Notes: generated from the sequence alone by a model not told the origin. A DNA stretch of 64,000 nt from an uncultured bacterium (GCA_963759805.1 CAVXAT010000002.1:137479-201478), one strand, 5' to 3'. Numbered from the stretch's first letter, positions 27,729-37,695 are shown. Made by a program: numbers and translations.

Positions 27729-29926
27729 CGTGCCTCCAAATCCGTCGTTAAAAACTCTTTTAAAAAGGTTAAACGCTGCACACCCTTGGCATTCCTAATT
27801 CCCATCGCTATCGCTTTGGCTTGTCCCATAAGGATGCACATCTTTTTTGCCCTTGTAATTGCAGTGTAAATCAAATTTCTTTGTAACAGAATAAAATGCT
27901 GCATAAATATTGGAATTATTACTGCTGCAAATTCAGAGCCCTGACTTTTATGAATAGAGATTGCATAAGCATGAACTAATTCGTCAAGTTCTGTGAAATC
28001 ATACTCTAAAACCCTATCACCAAAATTAATAAACATTTTTTGGTCGATTTTATTTATATCACTGATTTTGCCAATATCACCGTTAAAAACAAATTTTTCA
28101 TAATTATTTCTGATCTGCATAACACGATCTGCAACTTTGTACTGATTGCCAAAAACAAGCACCTGCTTATCTAAATCGTTAGAGGGATTTAAGAGTTTTT
28201 GCAGTTCTTGATTAATTCGCTGCGTTCCAACAACCCCTCTGTTCATTGGCACAAGCACAACCGAATCGTCCGGACTTATGCCCAAAGCAGGAAGACGCTT
28301 TAAGTAAATTTCTCTTAACTCTGCAAGAGCCTCCTCAGGTTCAGTCTGTTTTATATACACAAAATCACGTTTAGTTCCGGCGGTAGCAGAGCTTGGGAAT
28401 TCGCCATGATTAACTTTATGCGCGTTGACAATGATCATGCTGTCTTGTGCTTGTCGAAAAATTTGAGTAAGACGAATAACCGGTATTTTTTCGGAGTTAA
28501 TCAGATCGTTTAAAACGTTTCCCGCACCAACGGAGGGAAGTTGATCAATGTCCCCAATCAAAACCAAATTTGCATTTGCAGGCATTGCTTTTAAAACGGC
28601 ATGCATCAAAAAAACATCTATCATCGATGATTCATCGATAATCAGAAAATCAAGTTGTAACGCATTCTGCTCATTGCGCGAAAATCCCATTGTAGCAGGG
28701 GTAAACTCAAGCAGACGATGAAGCGTTTCAGAGTTTCGGCCCGTACTTTCAAACAGGCGCTTGGCAGCACGTCCTGTCGGAGCGGCCAGCTTGAAGCGAA
28801 TATTATAGTCTTCCAGAATATTAATAAGATTTTTCACAAGAGTCGTCTTACCAGTTCCAGGGCCACCGGTGATTATGGTAATTTTATTTTGAAGACAGGT
28901 CAAAATGCCTCTTTGCTGATCCTCGTTTAATTCGATGCCTGAAGGGCTTGAAATTCGCATTTTATTATAAATTTTGTCGATATCAAAACCTCCAGTATCA
29001 AACTGGCGTGTATTTGTATACTCAAGCAGATACTTAACCCTCTTTGCGATACCTCTTTCTGAGTGATAAAATTGTGGTAAAGTTATAAAATGTTTGTCTT
29101 TAGTTGAAATCAATTTAATTTTATCTTGAGTATATAGATCATACAAAGCTTCTTTCAATCTCTCTTGAGATGAGGATTCATCAAGCTCGAGTAACTCGAT
29201 CACCTTCTTTTTAGAATCATCAAGATCAACATAAAGATGCCCAGCTCCCGCCCCTTCTGAAATTGTAAACACAAAGGCTGCTTTAATTCGCTCAATCGAA
29301 TCACTTGCAAGTCCAAGCTTAAGTGCAATTTTGTCTGCAGACTTGAATCCTATACCCCAAACATCATCGATAAGTTGATACGGATTCTGTTGCATTTTTT
29401 GAATTGCATCATTACCATATGCTTTATAAATTTTGGCAGCAAATGATGCTGAAACATCTTTGGACCGTAAAAAAATCATTACCTGAGAAATTTCTTTCTG
29501 TTCTTTCCAGGCTGTAACTATCAGCTCAACTCGCTTTCCTCCGACGCCTTCAACCTCGTAGAGTTTATCAGGATCTTGATCAATTATTTCAAGTGTATGT
29601 TCACCAAATTTTTTAACCATTCTTTGGGCAAATTTGGGACCAATGCCTTTTATCATTCCTGAGGCAAGATATTTTTCGATTCCTGAGGCAGAGCTTGGTA
29701 GATTCGTTGTGCATTCTTTAACGTCAAACTGCCTGCCGTATTTGGGATTAAATTGCCAAGAACCACTTAACGTAACCTTTGCACCCTCTTGCAAGCCCGG
29801 CAAATAACCCTTGGCAATAATATCATTTGAACTATTCAATTTAACTGAGAATATTACAAAACCGTCTTCTCCACTTCTGAAAATGACTTTTTCTACGGAT
29901 CCGACAATTTCAATAATTTCCCCCAC
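27725..29926 (-). CDS. recD2: RecD2-type SF1 ATP-dependent DNA helicase
   Basis: N-terminal OB/HhH modules (GIGPKFAQRM), Walker A ITGGPGTGKTT, LLIIDESSM, GDIDQLPSVGAGNV, and C-terminal YAISIHKSQGSEF..TAITRAK. ATGA overlap with zwf. Confidence 0.85.
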   Translation of the reverse strand: MGEIIEIVGSVEKVIFRSGEDGFVIFSVKLNSSNDIIAKGYLPGLQEGAKVTLSGSWQFNPKYGRQFDVKECTTNLPSSASGIEKYLASGMIKGIGPKFAQRMVKKFGEHTLEIIDQDPDKLYEVEGVGGKRVELIVTAWKEQKEISQVMIFLRSKDVSASFAAKIYKAYGNDAIQKMQQNPYQLIDDVWGIGFKSADKIALKLGLASDSIERIKAAFVFTISEGAGAGHLYVDLDDSKKKVIELLELDESSSQERLKEALYDLYTQDKIKLISTKDKHFITLPQFYHSERGIAKRVKYLLEYTNTRQFDTGGFDIDKIYNKMRISSPSGIELNEDQQRGILTCLQNKITIITGGPGTGKTTLVKNLINILEDYNIRFKLAAPTGRAAKRLFESTGRNSETLHRLLEFTPATMGFSRNEQNALQLDFLIIDESSMIDVFLMHAVLKAMPANANLVLIGDIDQLPSVGAGNVLNDLINSEKIPVIRLTQIFRQAQDSMIIVNAHKVNHGEFPSSATAGTKRDFVYIKQTEPEEALAELREIYLKRLPALGISPDDSVVLVPMNRGVVGTQRINQELQKLLNPSNDLDKQVLVFGNQYKVADRVMQIRNNYEKFVFNGDIGKISDINKIDQKMFINFGDRVLEYDFTELDELVHAYAISIHKSQGSEFAAVIIPIFMQHFILLQRNLIYTAITRAKKMCILMGQAKAIAMGIRNAKGVQRLTFLKEFLTTDLEAR

Positions 29927-29934
29927 AATAAATC

Positions 29935-30522
29935 CTATTTATTATCTACTGTTTTACTATCATTATTTGTAGTTTTATTATTTTGTTTTTTGTTGGCAGT
30001 TAATTTATCCAGAAGCTTATTATAAGCATTGGTGGCGGGCTCACTTAAGCTTGCATTAATATCTGCAAAAAACATCAAAAATTCTGTCGCAGTTGCATTC
30101 AAATCCGGAACGGTTTTAATTGTCTTGCTAAAATATACGAGAAAAGACCCTTCAACATCAAATGATTTGTATATAAAAGAATTTTTGACTTTTTCTGTAC
30201 CTAAACAATGTTCCAAAAGATTTTTAACAATATTCCGTTGTTCCTTTATGTCTTCCATAAATTTTTCAACAGGCTCAAGTACGAATGTTAACTGTTTTTT
30301 AACATACTCATGCTCCTGCGCTCCTGTTTCAAAATAAATCGGCTCACCGCGAGATGTCATTCCAATAGGATTAAGTTTTGCAATAGCATTCACAACCTTT
30401 TGGCCTCTGTCCGCAGCCATTGCCATTCGCAATGTAGTTGTTGGAAATTTAACGAAAACATTATTTAACATATTCATCCATGGGCTGTCAATTGGTTTTC
30501 CCTTATAGTCCTTGTTTTTCAA
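29935..30522 (-). CDS. Hypothetical protein; TTG-initiated ORF, possibly the frameshifted body of a secreted protein
   Basis: The ORF starts at TTG. A 29-codon signal-peptide-like mini-ORF with SD and ATG (30592..30503, MKFNKLILVGALVVLNSSVFVAAVEKQGL) overlaps it in the adjacent frame. The frames would fuse by loss of one A in the A5 run (T5 on the + strand, 30515-30519). Confidence 0.4.
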   Translation of the reverse strand: MKNKDYKGKPIDSPWMNMLNNVFVKFPTTTLRMAMAADRGQKVVNAIAKLNPIGMTSRGEPIYFETGAQEHEYVKKQLTFVLEPVEKFMEDIKEQRNIVKNLLEHCLGTEKVKNSFIYKSFDVEGSFLVYFSKTIKTVPDLNATATEFLMFFADINASLSEPATNAYNKLLDKLTANKKQNNKTTNNDSKTVDNK

Positions 30523-30613
30523 CTGCGGCTACAAACACAGAACTATTCAAGACAACCAAAGCACCCACTAATATTAGTTTATTGAATTTCATAAAAAACC
30601 TTTCTTTTATAAA

Positions 30614-32182
30614 TTAGAAACTAGCTGCTATTTTAAAATATACCGTCCAATCATTACCTATGCCACGACTATAAATTGCAGTATCGCCTCCTAATCCTAC
30701 GCTTAAATCGCATCTTTTATACTTCTTTACATACAGGGCTTCTGCAAAAATCTTATGTTGCTCAACACTATCAGCTTCTGTGTCTTCAATTTTTAAAGCT
30801 GACATTGAAGAATTCGTGTTATAAATTTTTTCGATAGATTCTTTCTGTTGCGAGTAATAATCATAACCTATCGCAAATTTCATTTTTTTGATTTCCGTGC
30901 TTGCAGCAAGAACAAAATTAAAAATTCCACCGGGATACACTTCTGATTTAAAAGAGGTCGGTAAAAGATACTCTTGAATGAATGGTTTAAGAACATCCCT
31001 TATATATTTATCGTCTCCTTTTACAGCCACCGCATGCACCTCATCCGGAGTTACAGTTTCTTTATACATAAACAAACGATATTCATCGGCAGGAAGCAGT
31101 TTAACATAAGCCGCACGCATCCAAAGCTGGAGTAATCTATGGAATAGATCAGCCTTGGACTCCATGTAACACCCAAATCCAAAATGCCCCCCATTCCCAA
31201 GCCGTGGGTCAATAAGATAGTCCCTAATACCTTTTAAAACATTCACAATACCATCTTGTAAAGCTTCATTACTGCTTATATCATCAATAATACCACTTGG
31301 ATCAGCGTCTATTTTTGTACTACGTGAAAGCAGGCTCGTAGGAATTATACATTCAAACCCAAAGTCATTTTGAAAATCTGTCATATTCAATGTGTTAATA
31401 CCAAGCTTAAGCCTAGTATCACCCATTCCAAATCTTATACGATAAAGCTCACTTTCATCAAATTTCCCACCCTCATCATATTTTGAGAATAACTCTTTCA
31501 GCTCACGTTGACGTTTTTTGCTTATGTAAAAATTGCGCTCGGCCACCTGCAGCGACGTATGTATTTGAACTGAAAATGGTCCTTTTATGAACCCTCCCTG
31601 CAAAAGCACTCCAACCTTACGTTCTTGAAGTACAAACTCCTCCAAAAGTGGCACCACACTAGACAAGTCCTTTGCCTTTTGTTCGCCAACAAGCTGTCCA
31701 ACATATAAATTAATTACCTGTTTTAACGCCTCTAAGCCCTCCCCTTTAATTTTTGCCACAAGACTTCCTGTAGGCGTATGCATGCGATTTGTCATATTAA
31801 AGAAAAGATTTCCTGCAAATCCTCCATATTCAATTGCAGCAATTTTATAAGGAATGTGATAAAGAATATCACGGCCCTGTGGATAAACGGTATTTGCCCA
31901 TAGAGGTTGTTTAATACCTTCAGATAAAGCAATGGCCGCTTCTTGCAAGTTAAGCGCCTCCATTCTTGTATCTACAGAATCTTTCTCACTATCCTCAATC
32001 TTATCAATATCAGATAAATCAATATCCCCAATTCCAATGCGATCCATAACAGATGTACCGGCATCTAAACTACCACTCTGACCTACTTGATCATCGGCAA
32101 CCAACTGAGGCATTAAAAATAAAGACAATATTAGATAAACATACTTGTTCAAACACCTAAACTTCATAAATTTAGTTCCCAT
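30614..32182 (-). CDS. Putative outer-membrane beta-barrel protein
   Basis: Signal peptide (YLILSLFLMPQLVA-DD). Alternating beta-strand-like pattern. C-terminal ..DWTVYFKIAASF ends in Phe, the typical OMP sorting signature. Confidence 0.5.
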   Translation of the reverse strand: MGTKFMKFRCLNKYVYLILSLFLMPQLVADDQVGQSGSLDAGTSVMDRIGIGDIDLSDIDKIEDSEKDSVDTRMEALNLQEAAIALSEGIKQPLWANTVYPQGRDILYHIPYKIAAIEYGGFAGNLFFNMTNRMHTPTGSLVAKIKGEGLEALKQVINLYVGQLVGEQKAKDLSSVVPLLEEFVLQERKVGVLLQGGFIKGPFSVQIHTSLQVAERNFYISKKRQRELKELFSKYDEGGKFDESELYRIRFGMGDTRLKLGINTLNMTDFQNDFGFECIIPTSLLSRSTKIDADPSGIIDDISSNEALQDGIVNVLKGIRDYLIDPRLGNGGHFGFGCYMESKADLFHRLLQLWMRAAYVKLLPADEYRLFMYKETVTPDEVHAVAVKGDDKYIRDVLKPFIQEYLLPTSFKSEVYPGGIFNFVLAASTEIKKMKFAIGYDYYSQQKESIEKIYNTNSSMSALKIEDTEADSVEQHKIFAEALYVKKYKRCDLSVGLGGDTAIYSRGIGNDWTVYFKIAASF

Positions 32183-32612
32183 TCCATTAAACTTATAAAC
32201 TTAAATTTTATTCTACTTAAGACGCGCTGTCATTCAGACTAAATATTAATTCTTTGCTATGTCAATTTACCAGCAGATTAAGTCAGTTTTATCAAAACTT
32301 TATCTAAACATCCATTAACGTTGATTTTGAAATTTGAAGTCGAGATAATCCACCCCGACCAAAAACATACACCAAACTTAGCAGATTTTATAAAAAATAA
32401 AACATTATAATACGAATAATAGACAAAGTGAAAAATAATACCTCTTGAAAAGAAGCATTTATCCTAAATATAAATTTTTATACGCTCCAGCCTATTGCAG
32501 GCGCCACAAATTAAAAAAATTTACAAAAACCTATTAACTAATGACCAAAAAAAATATAATGTAATTTGTGTGATATTGAAAAATACAAAACTTAATATGA
32601 AAGAGGTGCGTT

Positions 32613-32864
32613 ATGGCAGATGTTGAAATGGCAAAAATAGCCGCTTACGTTGCAGCAGGATTTTGTATGGGCATAGGAGCTCTCGGACCTGCTCTAGGCC
32701 AGGGCTTGGTTGGATCAAAAGCTTGCGAAAGTATTGGAAAACAACCGGAATCGGCAAATCTTGTAACAAAAACCATGGTACTTGCACTTGCCTTCATTGA
32801 ATCAACATCAATCTACTGTTTAGTCATTGCATTGATGCTAATATTTTTTGTAGGCAGCAAGTAA
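32613..32864 (+). CDS. atpE: F-type ATP synthase subunit c
   Basis: 83-aa hairpin protein: GIGALGPALGQGLVG..ESIGKQPE loop, then ..ALAFIESTSIYCLVIAL with the conserved carboxylate (E). Confidence 0.88.
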   Translation: MADVEMAKIAAYVAAGFCMGIGALGPALGQGLVGSKACESIGKQPESANLVTKTMVLALAFIESTSIYCLVIALMLIFFVGSK

Positions 32865-32887
32865 ATATAATCGAATAAAGGATATGA

Positions 32888-33244
32888 ATGCAAATTAATT
32901 GCACCGTCTTTATTCAGATAATCAACTTCTGGGTAACATACTTTTTTTTGCGCAAAATCCTTTTAGAGCCGGCAATGGCAATGATCCATAAAAAGAGGGC
33001 CGCAATGGACTCTTTAGCTAATCATCTAAAAGAAAAAGAGCTCGTTATAACTGGGCTTATCAACAAAAAAAGTAAAGAGCTCGTCGATTTTCGCGAACAG
33101 GTACAGTTTAAATATAAAAAGCCACAATTAAAGCCCTTAGAAATTAAAACGGATCTAATTTATGAGTCAAATCCCAAACAGATAGAAGAATTGATAAATT
33201 CAAGCAAGAATTTGATAATCGAGAAGGTTTCAAATGCACTTTGA
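32888..33244 (+). CDS. atpF: F-type ATP synthase subunit b' (b-like)
   Basis: N-terminal TM (FIQIINFWVTYFFLRKILLEP) then a long charged helix. Position between atpE and the second b gene. Confidence 0.6.
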   Translation: MQINCTVFIQIINFWVTYFFLRKILLEPAMAMIHKKRAAMDSLANHLKEKELVITGLINKKSKELVDFREQVQFKYKKPQLKPLEIKTDLIYESNPKQIEELINSSKNLIIEKVSNAL

Positions 33245-33725
33245 ATTTCAGTTTTGGGACATGCTATTTCGCTTAACAATATTTGGTTTGCTGTCGTATA
33301 AATTTTTTTCGTTTGCTAAGCAGTATTTAATTCCATACCTACGTGGGCAGATAAAGGAAGAACAGAATGCTCGACTGAATTTGATAGAAAAAGAGAACAT
33401 TTTAATATCAAGTCAGCACAAGATAGAAACTCAAATCCGACATCAACAAACCCTTTTCAATTTGCTTGAAAAAAATGTTCAATCTTGGCAAATGCTTCTT
33501 TTGACACAGAAAAACAACAAAGAAGAGGAATTTAACAAAATTAAAATATCGGCAGATCAAAAAAGAGCAGTCCAACAAAAAAATTATTTTATTGTATGCG
33601 AAAGTAAAGAGATACTTCCCTATGCCGTCAACAGCGCAGAAGCTGAACTGATTAATAAATACTCCGGACAGCCGGGTAAATTTTCATTTGATAATTTAAT
33701 TGAAAAAATAGCGGAAAAAAATTAA
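33234..33725 (+). CDS. atpF: F-type ATP synthase subunit b
   Basis: TM plus extended coiled-coil stalk. 11-nt overlap with the preceding b' gene. Followed by atpH. Confidence 0.6.
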   Translation: MHFEFQFWDMLFRLTIFGLLSYKFFSFAKQYLIPYLRGQIKEEQNARLNLIEKENILISSQHKIETQIRHQQTLFNLLEKNVQSWQMLLLTQKNNKEEEFNKIKISADQKRAVQQKNYFIVCESKEILPYAVNSAEAELINKYSGQPGKFSFDNLIEKIAEKN

Positions 33726-33739
33726 AAAGATATCTAATT

Positions 33740-34295
33740 ATGCTTACCCAAATTGATTCAGTTGCCAAAAAATACGCCATTGCCTATCTAAACCTATATA
33801 TCAGTGAACTCACAACCAAAATGGTTGACGACTTGGGCCAGATTAAAAAAATTTTTATATAAAAATAAAAAATTATATGCTTATTTAAGCATTCCAAAAC
33901 TATCTTTGAAGACGAAATTAACTTTTATTGACCGACTTTGTAACGCATTTAATCTGGCTCAAGGCGAAATTAGACTTATACGATTGTTAGTAGAACAAGG
34001 GCGCATAGAGATTCTGGATGCAACGCTCAAAAGGATTATCGAAGAATACCATATAAAAACCGGCGTGGTGCTATTAAATGTTTATACTTCACACGAAACT
34101 AATGATGCCCAGAAAATTATAATCAAAAATTTTATACATAATTTAATCAAACAAAAAACTGAAATTAAATTTTTTATTGATAAAAGTTTAATTAATGGAA
34201 TTAGAATAAAAAGTTCCACATTTTTGTGGGAACACTCCGTAAGAAAACACATTAAAAAATTTAAAAACAATTTATTTCAACAGGCCATATTATGA
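33740..34295 (+). CDS. atpH: F-type ATP synthase subunit delta (OSCP), interrupted by a 1-nt frameshift in an A7 tract
   Basis: ATG 33740 encodes MLTQIDSVAKKYAIAYLNLY..DDLGQIKK (typical delta N-terminus) and stops at 33860-33862. The rest (..KKFLYKNKKLYAYLSIPKLS..LIRLLVEQGRIEIL..IDKSLINGIRIK..) is in the +1 frame, which the ORF track starts at GTG 33804. The frames merge if A7 (33845-33851) is read as A6. Confidence 0.8.
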
Positions 34296-35812
34296 AAGAA
34301 AAAGATACTGATCTTATATCATTGTTAGAAAAAGCACTTAGCCAACAGCCTCAAGAATATCCGGATGAAATTGGAACTGTTATTAAGGTTGGCGATGGCA
34401 TTTGTAAAGTATTCGGATTAAATAACGCAACTTTAGGCGAGGTAATAGAGTTTGAAAATGGGGGAAGAGGCATAATTCTTGATATGGATGAGGATTTTGT
34501 TTCTGTGGTTCTTTTTGAAGGCACCAAGCTTGTTCTTGAGCAAGATGTTGCCAAAAGAACAGGACAAGTTTTAAGTATACCAGTAGGTAGTGGTCTTATG
34601 GGCCGAATTATAAGCCCAACCGGTATGCCACTTGATCTACTCGGAGATATTAAAGCAGAAAAATGGATGCCACTGGAACAACCATGTGCTCCTATAATTG
34701 ATCGCTCACCGGTTAATGAACCTCTCGGTACTGGCATAACAGTTATTGACAGCATGTTCCCAATCGGTAAGGGACAACGTGAGCTATTTATTGGAGATCG
34801 AGGAACAGGTAAGACCTCACTTGTCGTAGATACAATTCTCAACCAAAGAGGCAAAAATGTCATCTGCATTTATGTTTCAATAGGGCACAAACAATCTGAT
34901 ACCGCTCGTCTAATTTATTTACTTGAAAAGCATGGATCTCTTGAATATACAGTTATAGTTGAGGCAGACGCAAAAGAGAGTGCTTTAAATCTATATCTTG
35001 CTCCTTATGCAGGATGCTCAATAGGTGAATATTTTATGAGGCAGGGAAAAGACGCCTTAATCATATATGACGATTTAAGTAAGCATGCGATTGCTTATCG
35101 TGAGCTTTCTCTGTTACTCAAAAGACCTCCGGGAAGAGAAGCATACCCGGGAGACATATTTTACATTCATTCCAGGTTATTGGAGCGCGCAGGTAAAATG
35201 TCAGCTCAGTTAGGCAGTGGATCATTAACGGCCATTCCAATCATTCAAACGCAGGAAGATGACATCTCAGGATATATTCCAACCAATTTAATTTCTATCA
35301 CAGACGGACAAATTATTTTAGATACATCATTATTCAACAGTGGAATAAAGCCAGCCGTAAATGTCGGGCTTTCAGTTTCGCGTATTGGTTCTATTGCACA
35401 GACAAAGGCAATGCGTTCAGTTTCCGGTTCTTTAAAACTTGAATTGGCTCAATACTATGAACTTTTGGCATTTGTTCAATTCGGTTCAGAGCTAGATAAA
35501 GCAAGTCAAAAAGCGATAGATCGTGGCCAAAGAGCAATTGAAATTTTAAAGCAACCAGAGCATGAAACATACTCATTCGTTGATCAGGTTCTGTTTTTAT
35601 TTTTATTAAGGGAAAATTATCTAACTAAGATAGATCTACATGATGTAAAAAAATTCGTTCTTCAATTTGCATCATACATACAGGGTGCACACGGTGAAAC
35701 ATACAATAGCATCTTAAATACAAAGGACCTAACACCAAACGACCTGACTAAACTTAAAAAAGCAGCGGATGAGTTTGGAATCATTTTCTCCAGCAAAACA
35801 AGCATTTTTTGA
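34292..35812 (+). CDS. atpA: F-type ATP synthase subunit alpha
   Basis: GDRGTGKTS Walker A, LIIYDDLSKHAIAYRELSLLLKRPPGREAYPGDIFYIHSRLLERA, and ITDGQIIL. ATGA overlap with atpH. Confidence 0.96.
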   Translation: MKEKDTDLISLLEKALSQQPQEYPDEIGTVIKVGDGICKVFGLNNATLGEVIEFENGGRGIILDMDEDFVSVVLFEGTKLVLEQDVAKRTGQVLSIPVGSGLMGRIISPTGMPLDLLGDIKAEKWMPLEQPCAPIIDRSPVNEPLGTGITVIDSMFPIGKGQRELFIGDRGTGKTSLVVDTILNQRGKNVICIYVSIGHKQSDTARLIYLLEKHGSLEYTVIVEADAKESALNLYLAPYAGCSIGEYFMRQGKDALIIYDDLSKHAIAYRELSLLLKRPPGREAYPGDIFYIHSRLLERAGKMSAQLGSGSLTAIPIIQTQEDDISGYIPTNLISITDGQIILDTSLFNSGIKPAVNVGLSVSRIGSIAQTKAMRSVSGSLKLELAQYYELLAFVQFGSELDKASQKAIDRGQRAIEILKQPEHETYSFVDQVLFLFLLRENYLTKIDLHDVKKFVLQFASYIQGAHGETYNSILNTKDLTPNDLTKLKKAADEFGIIFSSKTSIF

Positions 35813-35825
35813 GATATAAGACAGA

Positions 35826-36287
35826 ATGCAATACAACAAGTTTTACAGTCAAATTTTAATAATAAGTTTTTTACTTTTTACCGGCTGCGGGCGCAAACAG
35901 AAGAATATATTCTCCTTTGAGCCCGAACCAAAGATTAAGGTCAAAAAGCTGGATCTGCCTGCAGTTAGGGGATTAAATATAACTCCAAAAGACGGGTTCC
36001 CCGAATTAACTTGGTTTGATTTGTTTAATCAAAAAAACAGTACTCAAATCAATTCGCTACAAAAAAACTTTGTTGGATATGATGTTTTTAAATTAACGAA
36101 ACAAAATTTTATACCCAAACATCCTCTCAATAAAAATCCTTTAACAGAGACACAATTTTTGGATAAGAGTAAAAAGCCAGCAAGAAAAAACCCTTCAAAA
36201 TCATTTTACCTGGTTCAACCCGTTTTCAAATTTGATAATCAAATTATAAAAGGGCCATCCAGTCAAATTGTTGGCATCGAAAATTAA
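35826..36287 (+). CDS. Hypothetical lipoprotein (occupies the position where atpG normally lies)
   Basis: Lipobox FLLFTGC. 153 aa with no gamma-subunit similarity. Confidence 0.5.
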   Translation: MQYNKFYSQILIISFLLFTGCGRKQKNIFSFEPEPKIKVKKLDLPAVRGLNITPKDGFPELTWFDLFNQKNSTQINSLQKNFVGYDVFKLTKQNFIPKHPLNKNPLTETQFLDKSKKPARKNPSKSFYLVQPVFKFDNQIIKGPSSQIVGIEN

Positions 36288-36384
36288 GAATCAAAAATAT
36301 CCAGACTTGATAAACCATGGGATTTTCTGGCGATGGCGAATAAAAATCCCTCCAACTTAGGACAAGCTGGAGGGTTGGGGGGGC

Positions 36385-36408
36385 GAACAATACTTTTTAG
36401 TATTGTTC
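36385..36408. terminator. Putative bidirectional terminator hairpin
   Basis: Perfect 10-bp stem GAACAATACT / AGTATTGTTC with a TTTT loop, between convergent genes. Preceded by a second inverted repeat, CCCTCCA..TGGAGGG. Confidence 0.4.
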
Positions 36409-36552
36409 ATTTAGGGACTCTTTAATGTTTTTTCTATGGAATCTGTCTCAAAAAATTTCTATCACACCATATGCACCGAAATGGTAACAAGGTCTAAGAT
36501 CTATGTCAAGAAAAAAACTTTCTCTTTATAAATTTTACTCAAAAAACATTCC

Positions 36553-37695
36553 CTACCAAACAACATTCTTTCCCAACGCAATATCACGCATCTTTTGGAT
36601 CTTGCTATCAGGCCCAAAATATGAACCCAAGAAAATACGTTTGCCGTTTTTAGCAATCGTTTTCCCACTTTCAATTTCAGAAAGATCAACACCAATTAAC
36701 TCTCTTATCGCAATTTCTCTTACGCCTAAATCACTAATCGTAAAGCCAAGCGTATTTACATTTTTATCATCAAGATCTTTAACAGAAGAAAAACCCAATC
36801 CTGTAGATTCAACAACCTTTCCATCGCCTACATACATAACAACATGTGACACTTTCAGCCCTTGCTCATCGTTTGCAAAAAAGATCAGATCGGCTAGTTT
36901 TAAGTCTTGTCCATTTCTTAGCTCGTTTGCAGCTCTGCGCTGAGGGCCTGCATCGCGCGGAATTTCAAGCCCCCACGCCAAATAACATTCATTTGTAAGG
37001 CCTGAACAATCTATGCCTGTAATTTGATCAAATTTAGAGTTTAAAGGACTTCTTCCGCCCCAAACATATGAAGTGCCACTTTCAACGAATAATCGTGCAT
37101 TCCTTACAATTTGATCACGTAACAAACTTTCTGATTCTCTTACAACTTCTGTCATTTCATAAATCGCATTGTTAGTTTGCAAATAGCCTGCAGCTTTTTG
37201 ATCAATTATAACAGCCCACCACTCTCCATTAATTCTTCTAGCCTCAAGCCTAGTTCCCATTGCCAAGTCTCTTAAAACAGGACTTTTAACATCCATATCT
37301 GAAAAAAGTGGCATCCACAAATTTTGTAAAATAATGTTATATTTGGGAAATTCAGGAACAGGCATAAGATTAGATCTTAACACAAAACCGGGATATGGAA
37401 CCCATTGATTATTTCGCCACGCTTTTTGACCTAAAACAGAAACTTTCATCCAATCTGGATTCCCTTCCACTGGCTCTGCCAAAATGCATTCTCCATAAAG
37501 CAGTTGCGAATCTTGTGCTCCTATGTCTTTTGACATTGCAGGCGCCTTTAAATGCTCCGGCACAAATTCCGGCTTACATCTTAAATCAGCTACGCAACTG
37601 CCTACGATCATTTTTTCATTTGGTTCACAAACTAAATTTGACTGTGGCACAAATTGGATCAAAGCACATACACAAATAAAAATAGTCTTTTTCAT
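36553..37695 (-). CDS. NlpC/P60 (C40) peptidoglycan endopeptidase with SH3-like N-terminal domains
   Basis: Catalytic GIDCSGLTNECY..., ..HVVMYVGDGKVVES (Cys-His). Signal peptide from MKKTIFICVCALIQF; I prefer the start at 37695, which removes the overlap implied by the ORF-track start at 37791. Confidence 0.8.
   Translation of the reverse strand: MKKTIFICVCALIQFVPQSNLVCEPNEKMIVGSCVADLRCKPEFVPEHLKAPAMSKDIGAQDSQLLYGECILAEPVEGNPDWMKVSVLGQKAWRNNQWVPYPGFVLRSNLMPVPEFPKYNIILQNLWMPLFSDMDVKSPVLRDLAMGTRLEARRINGEWWAVIIDQKAAGYLQTNNAIYEMTEVVRESESLLRDQIVRNARLFVESGTSYVWGGRSPLNSKFDQITGIDCSGLTNECYLAWGLEIPRDAGPQRRAANELRNGQDLKLADLIFFANDEQGLKVSHVVMYVGDGKVVESTGLGFSSVKDLDDKNVNTLGFTISDLGVREIAIRELIGVDLSEIESGKTIAKNGKRIFLGSYFGPDSKIQKMRDIALGKNVVW

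Noticed and set aside
32183-32612. 430-bp non-coding spacer upstream of atpE, scanned for atpB/atpI or a structured RNA
   Set aside because: No ORF of useful length and no obvious helices were found. It is AT-rich promoter-like DNA only, and promoter hexamers could not be placed confidently.
34351-34869. 172-aa minus-strand ORF inside atpA
   Set aside because: It is a shadow ORF opposite a highly conserved gene. It is Ser/Pro-rich and low in complexity, as expected from an antisense reading.
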